NCBI RefSeq assembly: GCF_030384885.1
Contig: NZ_CP128613.1
DNA from: Escherichia coli
GTDB taxonomy: Bacteria > Pseudomonadota > Gammaproteobacteria > Enterobacterales > Enterobacteriaceae
Direction: 5' to 3' (one strand)
Length of the DNA stretch: 64,000 nt
The stretch's first letter is position 1, and each line of letters opens with the position of its first letter. The translations under genes and the position numbers were made by a program. Below, in pieces: positions 1 through 9,495 of this stretch. Below the pieces are notes generated by a model. That model did not search any database and was not told the origin of the DNA. It saw only the letters and a program-made list of their open reading frames with translations.

Positions 1-39
1 GATACAGTAATATTAGGGTGGGATGCCAGTCTCAATAAT

Positions 40-783
40 ATGGATGGTCCGACAAAACAAGAATTTGAAGAGATGTTGGAACCAGAAGGTTTAGATTTGA
101 ATAATTATCTCACCGACTCTTGCACACCTGTCAGGAAGGTTACAATTTCCCCGATGCTGGTTGAAAGAAACGTTCACGCCGAACCAAGTTGGAAGGAAGT
201 ATCTCTTACGGACCCCCGCATCACAGAGAACAGCATGCTGCAAAAATTTCTGTCTGATTATATGGAAAAAATTAATCCTGGAGTTCACGAATTAAACGCA
301 AGATTGAGATTACAATATATAGATGGGGATTTATTTGCACAAATATATGAATCAATTAGCTATGATGAGTTACTTCAAAATATCCAAAGCAATAGTTTTG
401 ATCTTCCGAGCGAAGATGAATGGGAATATTTATGTGGCGGTGGTTCCAGGACACTCTGGCGCTGGGGGAATAATTTCGACTATCAAATGAAAATCCCATT
501 TATTACTTCAGAAGAACCAACAACCTGGGATATAGAATGGCCTAATCAGTTTGGGTTGCAGATTGCATTTGATCCCTATCTTCAGGAAATTATTAATGAT
601 AAAGATATTCTTCTGAAAGGTGGCGATGGTGGGTGCAATCTCTGCGGAGGTGCTAATGTTGTATTAGGATTCTTGCCTGTGGCAACTTATTACAAAGGAT
701 ATAATAAACATACGGACGAATTAGAATATATGGATGACATTGGAGACAATTATACTTCTTATCGCAGAATAATTCGTTTATGA
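40..783 (+). CDS. hypothetical protein with FGE-sulfatase-like (SUMF1/EgtB/PvdO-type) domain
   Basis: 247-aa ORF; motifs SEDEWEYLCGGG, WRWGNN and PNQFGLQ resemble the conserved core of formylglycine-generating-enzyme-family domains; sits in AT-rich DNA. Confidence 0.45.
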   Translation: MDGPTKQEFEEMLEPEGLDLNNYLTDSCTPVRKVTISPMLVERNVHAEPSWKEVSLTDPRITENSMLQKFLSDYMEKINPGVHELNARLRLQYIDGDLFAQIYESISYDELLQNIQSNSFDLPSEDEWEYLCGGGSRTLWRWGNNFDYQMKIPFITSEEPTTWDIEWPNQFGLQIAFDPYLQEIINDKDILLKGGDGGCNLCGGANVVLGFLPVATYYKGYNKHTDELEYMDDIGDNYTSYRRIIRL

Positions 784-834
784 GTAAAAATTATATTTCA
801 GGACAAGAAGTTATGCTCGAGTCAAGCTAATGAA

Positions 835-2346
835 TTGCTTAACGCAAGGAATAAAAACGTATTGATGAACACTGGGAATTTCGAGTCGATACAAATCATG
901 ATCGCCGCGCAAGAGTGGCGTAGCCTGCCGCTGCATCTGCGTTTGTATCAGGCTTTTCGTCAGTTGGTGATTTCTGGCGCGTTGTCTGATGGCGCAAAAC
1001 TGCCGTCCGCTCGCGCACTGGCCCAGCAACTGCACCTTTCCAGAGATACCATCGAAAATGCCTATTCCCAGCTCCACCGCGACGGTTTTATGGCTCGCAG
1101 GCAGGGGGCCGGGAGTTTCGCCAGCCGCCAGGGGATACCGCATATTCAGGGCCAGCATGCGCAACCACCCTCGCCCGGACAAGTACCGGCTTTAAGCGCT
1201 CGCTGGCAGCCAATTGCCGATCGCGCAGTCTCTTTCGATGCCCGCCAGATGCAGACCTTTACGCTTGGCCTGCCGGAAACGCGAAACTTCCCGCTAAACA
1301 TTTGGCAGAACTTTTCCCGCCAGATCCAACGTGAGCAGGCGCATACGCTGATGTTAAATAGCGATCCGCAGGGCGAGCCACAGCTGCGCCAGCAAATTGC
1401 GCATTACCTTAATTTTGAACGCGGCGCGAAGGTAGATGCCGGGCAGATTGTGATTGTCAGCGGCGCACGGCAGGCGTTCTGGCTGTGCGGGCAACTGCTG
1501 GCAGAGGCCGGACAGTCGGTGGCGATGGAAAATCCGGGCTATCCCGGCGCGCGTCAGGCGTTTTCTGCCGCACAGCTTAATCTTCTTCCCGTTGAAGTGG
1601 ATGACGCCGGGATCCGGGTGGATAAACTGCCGCCCGCGCCGCTGGTTTACGTCACGCCCTCGCACCAGTTTCCTTCCGGTCATTTGCTCACGCTGGCGCG
1701 GCGTCATGCCCTGATTGCCTGGGCGCAGGCGCACAATGCATGGATTATCGAAGACGACTACGACAGCGAATTTCACTACACCAGCGCGCCCGTCGCCTGT
1801 CTGCAAGGGTTAGACTGCGAGCAACGCACCCTGTATGTCGGCACTTTCAGCAAAACGCTCTATCCCGGCCTGCGCATCGGTTATCTGGTGGTGCCGACGT
1901 CGCTGGCTGCGCACTTTGCCGCCGCGCGTAATTTGCTTGATGGCGCAACGCCTGCGTTATCCCAACTAACGCTGGCGCGATTTATCGAGTCCGGTCATTT
2001 TGCCGCCCATATTCGCAACATGCGCAGTATGTACGCAGTGCGACAGGCGAGCCTGGCAGAGGCTATTCATCAACACTTAAGTGAATGGGTCACGCCAGTG
2101 GTGACATCCGGTGGGTTACAAATGCCCTGCTGGCTGCATGAAGGTATTGATGAGCAACAGACGCTAAATGCCGCGCGCCGCGCCGGGTTAAACATCGCCG
2201 GAATGCGCCAGTTCTGGCTGACGCACCCCGCGCCCGCGGGCTGGCTGCTGGGATTTGCCGCCTTTACCCCCTACGAGATTGAACAGGGCGTCAAGCGTCT
2301 GCGGGCTGCATTATGCACTGAAAACGTGCGCCCAGCCGGGTCATAA
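835..2346 (+). CDS. MocR/GntR-family transcriptional regulator with PLP-dependent aminotransferase-like domain
   Basis: 503-aa ORF; N-terminal HTH-like segment (LPSARALAQQLHLSRDTIENAY) followed by an aminotransferase-fold domain with candidate PLP lysine (TFSKTLYPG); true start probably an internal Met near 898. Confidence 0.7.
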   Translation: MLNARNKNVLMNTGNFESIQIMIAAQEWRSLPLHLRLYQAFRQLVISGALSDGAKLPSARALAQQLHLSRDTIENAYSQLHRDGFMARRQGAGSFASRQGIPHIQGQHAQPPSPGQVPALSARWQPIADRAVSFDARQMQTFTLGLPETRNFPLNIWQNFSRQIQREQAHTLMLNSDPQGEPQLRQQIAHYLNFERGAKVDAGQIVIVSGARQAFWLCGQLLAEAGQSVAMENPGYPGARQAFSAAQLNLLPVEVDDAGIRVDKLPPAPLVYVTPSHQFPSGHLLTLARRHALIAWAQAHNAWIIEDDYDSEFHYTSAPVACLQGLDCEQRTLYVGTFSKTLYPGLRIGYLVVPTSLAAHFAAARNLLDGATPALSQLTLARFIESGHFAAHIRNMRSMYAVRQASLAEAIHQHLSEWVTPVVTSGGLQMPCWLHEGIDEQQTLNAARRAGLNIAGMRQFWLTHPAPAGWLLGFAAFTPYEIEQGVKRLRAALCTENVRPAGS

Positions 2347-3397
2347 TCTCATACGGGATGGTGTTGCAGGCAGCGGCAACCTGTTCCAGCGTCTGGCCTG
2401 CGCCAATAAATTCCACCTTATCGCCCGCTGTCGGCGTGACGGCGCTGGCATCGACCATAAAGCTGTCCATACAAACCCGCCCCAATACCGGTAACCGCAC
2501 GCCGCGCCAGCATACGCCCGCCGGAGGACGCATATTTCGCGGAACGCCATCCGCGTAACCCGCGGATATCGTAGCGATACGCAGCGGACGCGTGGCGGTA
2601 ATCGTACTGCCATAGCCAACTGGCGTTCCCGCCGGGACATCCTGCACGCGCAGAATAGTTAGCGTCAGCGTAAAAGCCGGTTTTAGCGGCCTGGAAAACC
2701 ACGGCTGGGCGACGCCAAACAGCGCAATCCCCGGACGGCAGAGATCTTCCCGCCAACCTGGTTGCAAAAACATTCCGCAGGAGTTCGCCAGCGAAAATCG
2801 GCTGCTGGGGAAAACCGTTTTTGCCTGCTGGAATAGCGCGTGTTGCGCCACATTTAACGCATGATCCGGCCTGTCGGCGTTCGCCAGATGGCTGATGATA
2901 TAGTCCGGCGCAGGCCAGTTACGCTCACGAAATATCGCCGCCAGACGCATCAGTTGTTGCGGCATCACGCCCAGCCGCGACATACCGGAATCGAGCTGGA
3001 TCATCACCGCACGCCGCTGCTGGCGCGTTTCCAGTAACGTAAGCCACGCCATCACCTGGTCAATGGAATTGAGCAATGGCGTGATCTGCTGCGCGTAACA
3101 ATACGCCATCGCCTCCGGCATAACCCCATTAAGCACTACCACCATCGCATCAGTGGGCAGGATTTTACGCAGCGCCACGCCCTCCGAAAGCTGTGCCACA
3201 AAAAAGATCCGGCAGTTCGCCGCATACAGGGCGGGCGCAATCGCCTCCGCCCCCAGACCATAGGCATTGGCTTTCAACACCGCGCCACATTGCGCAGGGG
3301 CAACATGGCGCGCCAGCGTGCGATAATTATCGACGATGGCGGCGAGATTGACGCACATAACGCCGCACGCCGCCTGGATTTCAGTAGAAGTCATCAT
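2291..3397 (-). CDS. alanine racemase family protein (PLP-dependent)
   Basis: 368-aa ORF with PLP-lysine motif VLKANAYGLG typical of alanine racemases; start overlaps the stop of the upstream SHMT-like gene. Confidence 0.7.
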   Translation of the reverse strand: MMTSTEIQAACGVMCVNLAAIVDNYRTLARHVAPAQCGAVLKANAYGLGAEAIAPALYAANCRIFFVAQLSEGVALRKILPTDAMVVVLNGVMPEAMAYCYAQQITPLLNSIDQVMAWLTLLETRQQRRAVMIQLDSGMSRLGVMPQQLMRLAAIFRERNWPAPDYIISHLANADRPDHALNVAQHALFQQAKTVFPSSRFSLANSCGMFLQPGWREDLCRPGIALFGVAQPWFSRPLKPAFTLTLTILRVQDVPAGTPVGYGSTITATRPLRIATISAGYADGVPRNMRPPAGVCWRGVRLPVLGRVCMDSFMVDASAVTPTAGDKVEFIGAGQTLEQVAAACNTIPYEIMTRLGARFQCIMQPADA

Positions 3398-4632
3398 TGA
3401 TAAGACAACGGGTAGCGGTTGGTTAGTTGTATTACTTTTTGCTCAATATCGGCGCAAATGCCTGCGATATCTGACGAGTTGATGGCGAAAATGATTTCAC
3501 TTATCCAGTCAGCAATAAGCACAAAATCATCCGCCTTCATCCCACGCGTGGTGCAGGCCGCGCTGCCAATACGGACCCCGGAGGTAATCGACGGCGGCTG
3601 CGGATCGCCCGGCAGGGTGTTTTTATTGACCGTGATCCCCGCCAGTTCGAGAAAGTACTCCACCTGTGCGCCGGTTAACCCCTGCGGGCGCAGGTCGATA
3701 ATCCCCAGATGGCAGTCGGTGCCGCCCGTTAACAGCGTCAGACCGCGCTGCGCCAGTTGCTGGCACATCGCCTGCGCATTGTCGATAACCTACCCGGCGT
3801 AACGTTTAAATTCTGGTTGTAATGCCTCGCCAAGCGCCACCGCTTTCGCCGCGATAACGTGCATCAACGGCCCGCCCTGCAAACCGGGAAAGATGGCGCT
3901 GTCGATTTTTTTCGCAAGCCTGGCGTCATTGGTGAGGATCATGCCGCCGCGCGGCCCGCGCAACGTTTTATGCGTGGTGGTGGTGACCACATCAGCATAC
4001 GCCAGCGGCGAAGGAAAACAGCCGCCCGCCACCAGCCCGGCAAAGTGCGCCATATCCACCAGCAAAATGGCATCAACGGCATCGGCAATGCGGCGAAAAC
4101 GGGCAAAATCATAGTGGCGTGGATAAGCCGATCCTCCGGCAATAATTAACCGTGGGCGCTCGCGTAGCGCGATCATCTCGACCTCATCCATATCAATCAG
4201 GCCACTATGGGCATCGACGCCATAGTGAAAGGCGTTAAACCATTTGCCGGATTGATTGACCGGAGAACCGTGCGTGAGATGCCCGCCGCATTGCAGGCTC
4301 ATGCCAAGAATTTTGTCGCCGGGCTTCAGCAACGCCAGATAGACCGCCTGATTCGCCTGGCTGCCGGAGTGAGGCTGCACATTGACGTAACGCGCGCCAA
4401 AGAGCTGCTGCGCGCGGGTTATCGCCAGCATCTCAACCTCATCAATAAACTTACAGCCGCCGTAATAGCGATGCTGGTAATAACCTTCGGCGTATTTATT
4501 GGTTAACACCGACCCCTGCGCCGCGAGAACGGCGGGGCTTACGAAATTCTCCGAGGCAATCAGTTCCAGCGACTGCTGCTGGCGCTGTTGCTCCTGGTTA
4601 ATCAATGCAAAAAGTGGATCGTTATTTATCAT
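3394..4632 (-). pseudogene. serine hydroxymethyltransferase (GlyA-like) paralog interrupted by an in-frame TAG at 3790-3792
   Basis: ORFs 3790..4698 and 3394..3768 are in the same frame; both halves align to SHMT ([17 protein letters not shown]-lysine motif; GITVNKN); the stop sits where GlyA has a Gln in the YQQQV region. Confidence 0.65.
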
Positions 4633-4864
4633 GCGCTTCCCCCGCAAATTCATCATGCGATGATTTTCGCAGGGAAAACCTCGTCCGCACCCTGCCACTT
4701 TTTAGACTGAGCGCAGACCACCTATGTCGTTTTACTTAAAAGAAGAGGGAAGAAGGCTCCAGGCATCTCCATATGCGATTCTGGTTGGTAATACATCATA
4801 TTCCAGCTGCTCTTATCCGCCTACGTTATTGCATATACGGATAAGGCAGCCTCAATACGTACTT

Positions 4865-6430
4865 TTACTTGATATCTTTCACGCGCATACCGTTGATCTG
4901 TTCATCCGTGATGGTATTACCCGCTTTAAAGTAATCAACCACCGCGTGATAAACGTAATAACCGCCCGTCGTATTGCGCGCTTTACCCTCGGTAAACGCG
5001 GTAAAACCATCTCCACCATCAGCAAGGAAACTCTGAGTGGCAATGTGGTAAACCGTCGCATCTTCAATCGGTTCGCCATTCAGAGTCAGCGAGATAACCC
5101 GCTGACCAACCGGCTTGCTGCTGTCGTACTTCATTTCCAGGCCTTTCGATACCTGTAAAACGCCATTACTTAAACTTGCGCCGTGTTCCATCAAACTGCG
5201 TAATTGTTTACCCGTGAGTTCCATCGTCACCAGTTCGTTGGGGAACGGGAAGGTACTGATGACGCCACCCATCGTAATTGCACCCGCCGGGATCTCATTG
5301 CGGATACCGCCAGAGTTGGTTAACGCCAACTGGGTATTTTTACCCGCCGCTGCCAGCAAAGCGTCCGCCGCCAGATTCCCGAGAGAAGCCGATTCACCAT
5401 AGGCACGTTTCAATTCAACTGGCGATTGCGCCACCGTTTGCTGCACGACTTCATCCAGCTTTTTATTCCAACTATCAATCACCTGTTTTGTTTGCGGATC
5501 GGGCTTCCACTCGTCGGCGTAAAGGGTTTTAAGCTCGAAGTTTTTCACCGTAAAAGTGTGCGGCTTCTCTTTGTAGTCTAGAACCAGTTTACCCACATCA
5601 ATCCCGCCGCTGTCAGTGGAGAGGATTAACGTATTGCCGACTTTAATCGGTTCCGGCGTACCCACATGTGCATGCCCGGTGATCAAAATATCCAGCCCTT
5701 TCACCTGACTTGCCGTCTGAATATCTTTATCCAGTGCGCGGCGCACATCTGTGCCCCCCATACTGGACTGGCGGGCCGGAACACCTTCGTGAATCAGCGC
5801 AACGGTCAAATCAACCTTGCCTTTGAGTTCATCGATATAACGTTGTAGCCATTTAATTTCATCACGCGCCTCAATACCCACTCGCGTTGCCGCAGATACC
5901 GTATCATTAAAGGCAAATACACCGTGCAAACCAATCACGCCAATTTTCACGCCGTCTTTTTCAATGATGGTATAGGGCTTATCCCAGAATGATTTACTGC
6001 TGTTCTGATAAAAAACATTACCCTGCACAATCGGGAATTTTGCCTGACTCAACTGTAATAACGTATTGTCCCAGCCGTGATCAAATTCATGATTACCTAT
6101 AGTGGCCGCATCGAACGGCATGGTATTCATAATATCGATAATCGCCTTGCCTTTAGTCAGGCTGCTAATATACGGCCCGGTAAAATAGTCACCCGCATCA
6201 AAAAACCAGGTCGCTTTGTTTTTAGCTTTTTCTTGTTTAACAAGCGTAGTGATATTTGCCCAGCCGCCAATATCTCGTTTACCGTCAGCAATCCACGGCA
6301 CTTTATAAGGCTCTACATGTGCATGGAGGTCGTTGGTATAAATGATGGTGACATCTTTGGCGCAAGCCCAAAACGGCAGTGTTAATGCGATACCCGCAGC
6401 AAGCATTTTAATTTTCATAAACAATCCCAT
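4865..6430 (-). CDS. secreted bifunctional metallophosphatase / 5'-nucleotidase (UshA family), paralog 1
   Basis: 521-aa ORF; signal-peptide-like N-terminus; metallophosphatase motifs [23 protein letters not shown]; C-terminal 5'-nucleotidase domain. Confidence 0.8.
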   Translation of the reverse strand: MGLFMKIKMLAAGIALTLPFWACAKDVTIIYTNDLHAHVEPYKVPWIADGKRDIGGWANITTLVKQEKAKNKATWFFDAGDYFTGPYISSLTKGKAIIDIMNTMPFDAATIGNHEFDHGWDNTLLQLSQAKFPIVQGNVFYQNSSKSFWDKPYTIIEKDGVKIGVIGLHGVFAFNDTVSAATRVGIEARDEIKWLQRYIDELKGKVDLTVALIHEGVPARQSSMGGTDVRRALDKDIQTASQVKGLDILITGHAHVGTPEPIKVGNTLILSTDSGGIDVGKLVLDYKEKPHTFTVKNFELKTLYADEWKPDPQTKQVIDSWNKKLDEVVQQTVAQSPVELKRAYGESASLGNLAADALLAAAGKNTQLALTNSGGIRNEIPAGAITMGGVISTFPFPNELVTMELTGKQLRSLMEHGASLSNGVLQVSKGLEMKYDSSKPVGQRVISLTLNGEPIEDATVYHIATQSFLADGGDGFTAFTEGKARNTTGGYYVYHAVVDYFKAGNTITDEQINGMRVKDIK

Positions 6431-6477
6431 CCAGTGAGATAAAGGATTGCTACATTACGTTCTGAAAGGCTTTTTTA

Positions 6478-6493
6478 TGTGAGAATACTCACA
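6478..6493. promoter_or_regulatory. perfect consensus CRP-type site TGTGA-N6-TCACA in divergent promoter region
   Basis: sequence TGTGAGAATACTCACA read directly between the divergent nucleotidase gene (4865..6430) and the zinc-ribbon gene (6551..7678). Confidence 0.4.
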
Positions 6494-6550
6494 TCCAGAG
6501 GCGATAACTGTAGGACAAAATCAACGACCTTATGAAATCGTTGGTGATAT

Positions 6551-7678
6551 ATGTCAAATCTGTTTGCGATTAATGTCTGTAAAACGTTCGGTTGTCGAAA
6601 TTTGGGATTGGCCTCATCGGAAGATTACAGTTGGCCAGACTATAAACTGGGTTTTCCGGCACTGCACTGCCAGGCATGCGGAAGTTACCCCCCTTTGTTT
6701 GATGAACAACAATTTCGTGACTGGTTGTCAGTTCACATGACTGCGTGTGCCATAGAAACAGGGCATTTTTGTCCATCATGCTATTGTAAAGAAAAGATTT
6801 TTTATGGCCACAACCCGCAGGGAACACAACGCGTTCAATGCCGTTCATGCAAAAAAGTCTGGACTCCGAAACAGCAGCCAGCAAGAGAAATTACGTATCC
6901 CCAGTCCATTGAAACCGTTCAACTGTTCATGCCCTTTCAAGGAGCCAGCGCAGTACAAAAGCTCTATGTTTTAGTCAGTCTTGACGCCACTCGTGGCAAC
7001 ATCCTTCATCTCTCCACGAATTATACGCAACATCAGACAGGAGACAGTCTGCGGTACAGTTACAGAGGCAATACAGAACCAACTGAGCACCATAGCGATA
7101 TTGCGCAGAGGGTAGATATGCGTGAAGCACAATTCTTGCGCCGGAGCCAGTTCGATGAAATTCAGTATGGCAGTGCTGTGCTCAAGCGCAACGGCAAGGG
7201 AGCCATACTACGCCCGGTTATCACGGCACACGGGCATTTCAGAATACTGAAAATCCGCTTTCCACATGTCAAAACGCATATCATTTCACACGAATGTTTT
7301 CTGAGAGGCGCAATTATTACAGCCTGGGCAGATCAGTTCCGCCAACAACAAGGCGAACTTTGGTTCGTAGAGGAAGAAATCAGCGACCGTAATGCTGATA
7401 TTCCCTGGCATTTTCAGGGAACGACATACCATGGTTGGTGGCAAAATCAGTGGCAACGCTGGGGGCAGGGGAATAACAGCAAGATGGTCTGCCTGCTCAC
7501 AGGAGTCTCCTTAGAAAGGGGCGCAAATGTTTCTCTGGCAACCAGTCGTTGCTTTATCACATGGCTGACAGACCAACACGACTTTACCCAAAGCGCGTTA
7601 TTATCCGCAGGTCGCGTAACGAAAATGCTGACCTCACTGGCGTTAAAATACAATGAATCGCTCACTCCATCTTGTTAG
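6551..7678 (+). CDS. hypothetical protein with N-terminal Cys-rich zinc-ribbon (IS1 InsA-like / transposase-type zinc finger)
   Basis: 375-aa ORF; Cys pattern CPSCYC...QRVQCRSCKKVW resembles InsA-type zinc ribbons; the rest has no motif I recognise. Confidence 0.45.
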   Translation: MSNLFAINVCKTFGCRNLGLASSEDYSWPDYKLGFPALHCQACGSYPPLFDEQQFRDWLSVHMTACAIETGHFCPSCYCKEKIFYGHNPQGTQRVQCRSCKKVWTPKQQPAREITYPQSIETVQLFMPFQGASAVQKLYVLVSLDATRGNILHLSTNYTQHQTGDSLRYSYRGNTEPTEHHSDIAQRVDMREAQFLRRSQFDEIQYGSAVLKRNGKGAILRPVITAHGHFRILKIRFPHVKTHIISHECFLRGAIITAWADQFRQQQGELWFVEEEISDRNADIPWHFQGTTYHGWWQNQWQRWGQGNNSKMVCLLTGVSLERGANVSLATSRCFITWLTDQHDFTQSALLSAGRVTKMLTSLALKYNESLTPSC

Positions 7679-7907
7679 TCAATACACTCGACAAACGACC
7701 ATAAATTAATGGGATCACTATTTCTCATTTAATTAAATATATGAATGTATGACTGAAAAATATAATCACAGTCAATGTTTAATTAATAACATTATTTGTT
7801 ACTAAGATCACATAATACTTTCCTGACCTATGTTTACATAAAAATAAGACACGGTGTTCCTTTTATTTAAATAATTCAACCAATGTAACAACCCCTATCA
7901 AGGAGGG

Positions 7908-9461
7908 ATGATGAGAACTGTATTTACGACTTTATCAGTCATATTCAGCGTGATGTTTTCTCACAGTATACTAGCTCAGGACGTTACTATTTATTATACG
8001 AATGATATTCACGCACATGTCAATCCGGCAAAAATTCCCGCTGTTGATAAGAACAGACTTGTAGGTGGTATGGCTAATATTGCAGGCATCGTTAATGAAG
8101 CGAAGAAAAAAAACAAAGATGTCTTTTTCTTTGATGCAGGCGACTATTTTACCGGTCCGTATATCAGTACCCTGACCAAAGGTGAAGCTATTATTGATAT
8201 CATGAACACCATGCCCTTTGATGCGGTGTCCGTTGGTAATCACGAGTTCGATCACGGCGTGCCCAATATGGTATCTCAGTTATCAAAAGCAAAATTCCCC
8301 ATTCTGCTGGGAAATATTTACTACACCGATACAAATAAACCAGTTTGGGATCATCCGTGGACCATTATCGAAAAAGATGGTTTAAAGATTGGTGTGATTG
8401 GATTGCATGGTGCATTCGCTTTCTATGATACAGTCGCGGCAAAAGCACGTGAAGGCGTAGAAGCCAGAGACGAAATTAAATATTTAAATAAAGCACTTGC
8501 AGAATTAAAAGGTAAAGTCGACATTACCGTTTTGCTAATTCACGAAGGTGTTCCGGCGCGTCAATCAAGCTTTGGTAGTAAAGATGTGGAGCGGCTACTA
8601 CAGGCAGATATTGAGACAGCTAAAAAAGTGAATGGTGTTGATGTCTTAATTACCGGTCACGCACATGTCGGAACACCGCAACCAATAAAAGTTAATAACA
8701 CATTAATTGTATCTACCGATGCATACGGCACCGACATCGGAAAACTTGTGCTTGATTACAATCCGAAAACAAAGAAAATTGATAGTTATAATGGTGAGTT
8801 AATCACCATCTTTGCAGATCAATTTAAACCTGACACCATCGTTCAAAATACTATCGATAAATGGAGCATAAAGCTTAACAAAATAACACAGGAAGTTGTC
8901 GGCCATTCTCCCGTAGTTTTAACACGTGAGTATGGCAGTTCTTCTTCTACCGGTAACCTTATTCTAGATGCAATGATGGAAAAAACACCTGATGCCATTG
9001 CCGGATTTCAAAATAGCGGTGGGATGCGAGCTGATTTTCCTAAAGGTGATATCACACTGGGAGATGTTATTAGCACATTCCCCTTTAATAATGACCTCAT
9101 CGAGATGGATTTGACGGGCCGCGATCTCAAATCATTGATGACGCATGCAACCAATCTAACTAACGGTGTGTTACAGGTTTCAAAAAGCGTTGCGGTTGTC
9201 TATGACAGCAAAAAACCACTCAACCAACGGTTAATCTCTTTCACCATTAACGGCAAACCCGTGGAAGATAATCAAACATATCGTATTGCCACGCACTCCT
9301 TTTGTGCCAGTGGTGGTGACGGTTTTGAAGCATTTTTGAATGGAAAAAATGTGAAGACGATACCGGGAACAACCTCGGCGGAATCTATCATCGATTATTT
9401 CAAAAATCATAAACCTGTCACCCCAGACTTAACTAAACGAGTCATGGACGTCGCCAAATAA
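7908..9461 (+). CDS. secreted bifunctional metallophosphatase / 5'-nucleotidase (UshA family), paralog 2
   Basis: 517-aa ORF; signal peptide; same metallophosphatase motifs as paralog 1 ([23 protein letters not shown]). Confidence 0.8.
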   Translation: MMRTVFTTLSVIFSVMFSHSILAQDVTIYYTNDIHAHVNPAKIPAVDKNRLVGGMANIAGIVNEAKKKNKDVFFFDAGDYFTGPYISTLTKGEAIIDIMNTMPFDAVSVGNHEFDHGVPNMVSQLSKAKFPILLGNIYYTDTNKPVWDHPWTIIEKDGLKIGVIGLHGAFAFYDTVAAKAREGVEARDEIKYLNKALAELKGKVDITVLLIHEGVPARQSSFGSKDVERLLQADIETAKKVNGVDVLITGHAHVGTPQPIKVNNTLIVSTDAYGTDIGKLVLDYNPKTKKIDSYNGELITIFADQFKPDTIVQNTIDKWSIKLNKITQEVVGHSPVVLTREYGSSSSTGNLILDAMMEKTPDAIAGFQNSGGMRADFPKGDITLGDVISTFPFNNDLIEMDLTGRDLKSLMTHATNLTNGVLQVSKSVAVVYDSKKPLNQRLISFTINGKPVEDNQTYRIATHSFCASGGDGFEAFLNGKNVKTIPGTTSAESIIDYFKNHKPVTPDLTKRVMDVAK

Positions 9462-9495
9462 AATATCATTTATCAGTCTATTTATTTAACAAGGA

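Noticed and set aside
989-1806. Overlapping short ORFs (989..1195, 1354..1806, 1454..1714) inside and antisense to the MocR regulator gene
   Set aside because: Embedded in a long, well-supported ORF in GC-rich DNA where spurious open frames are common; no RBS or independent homology.
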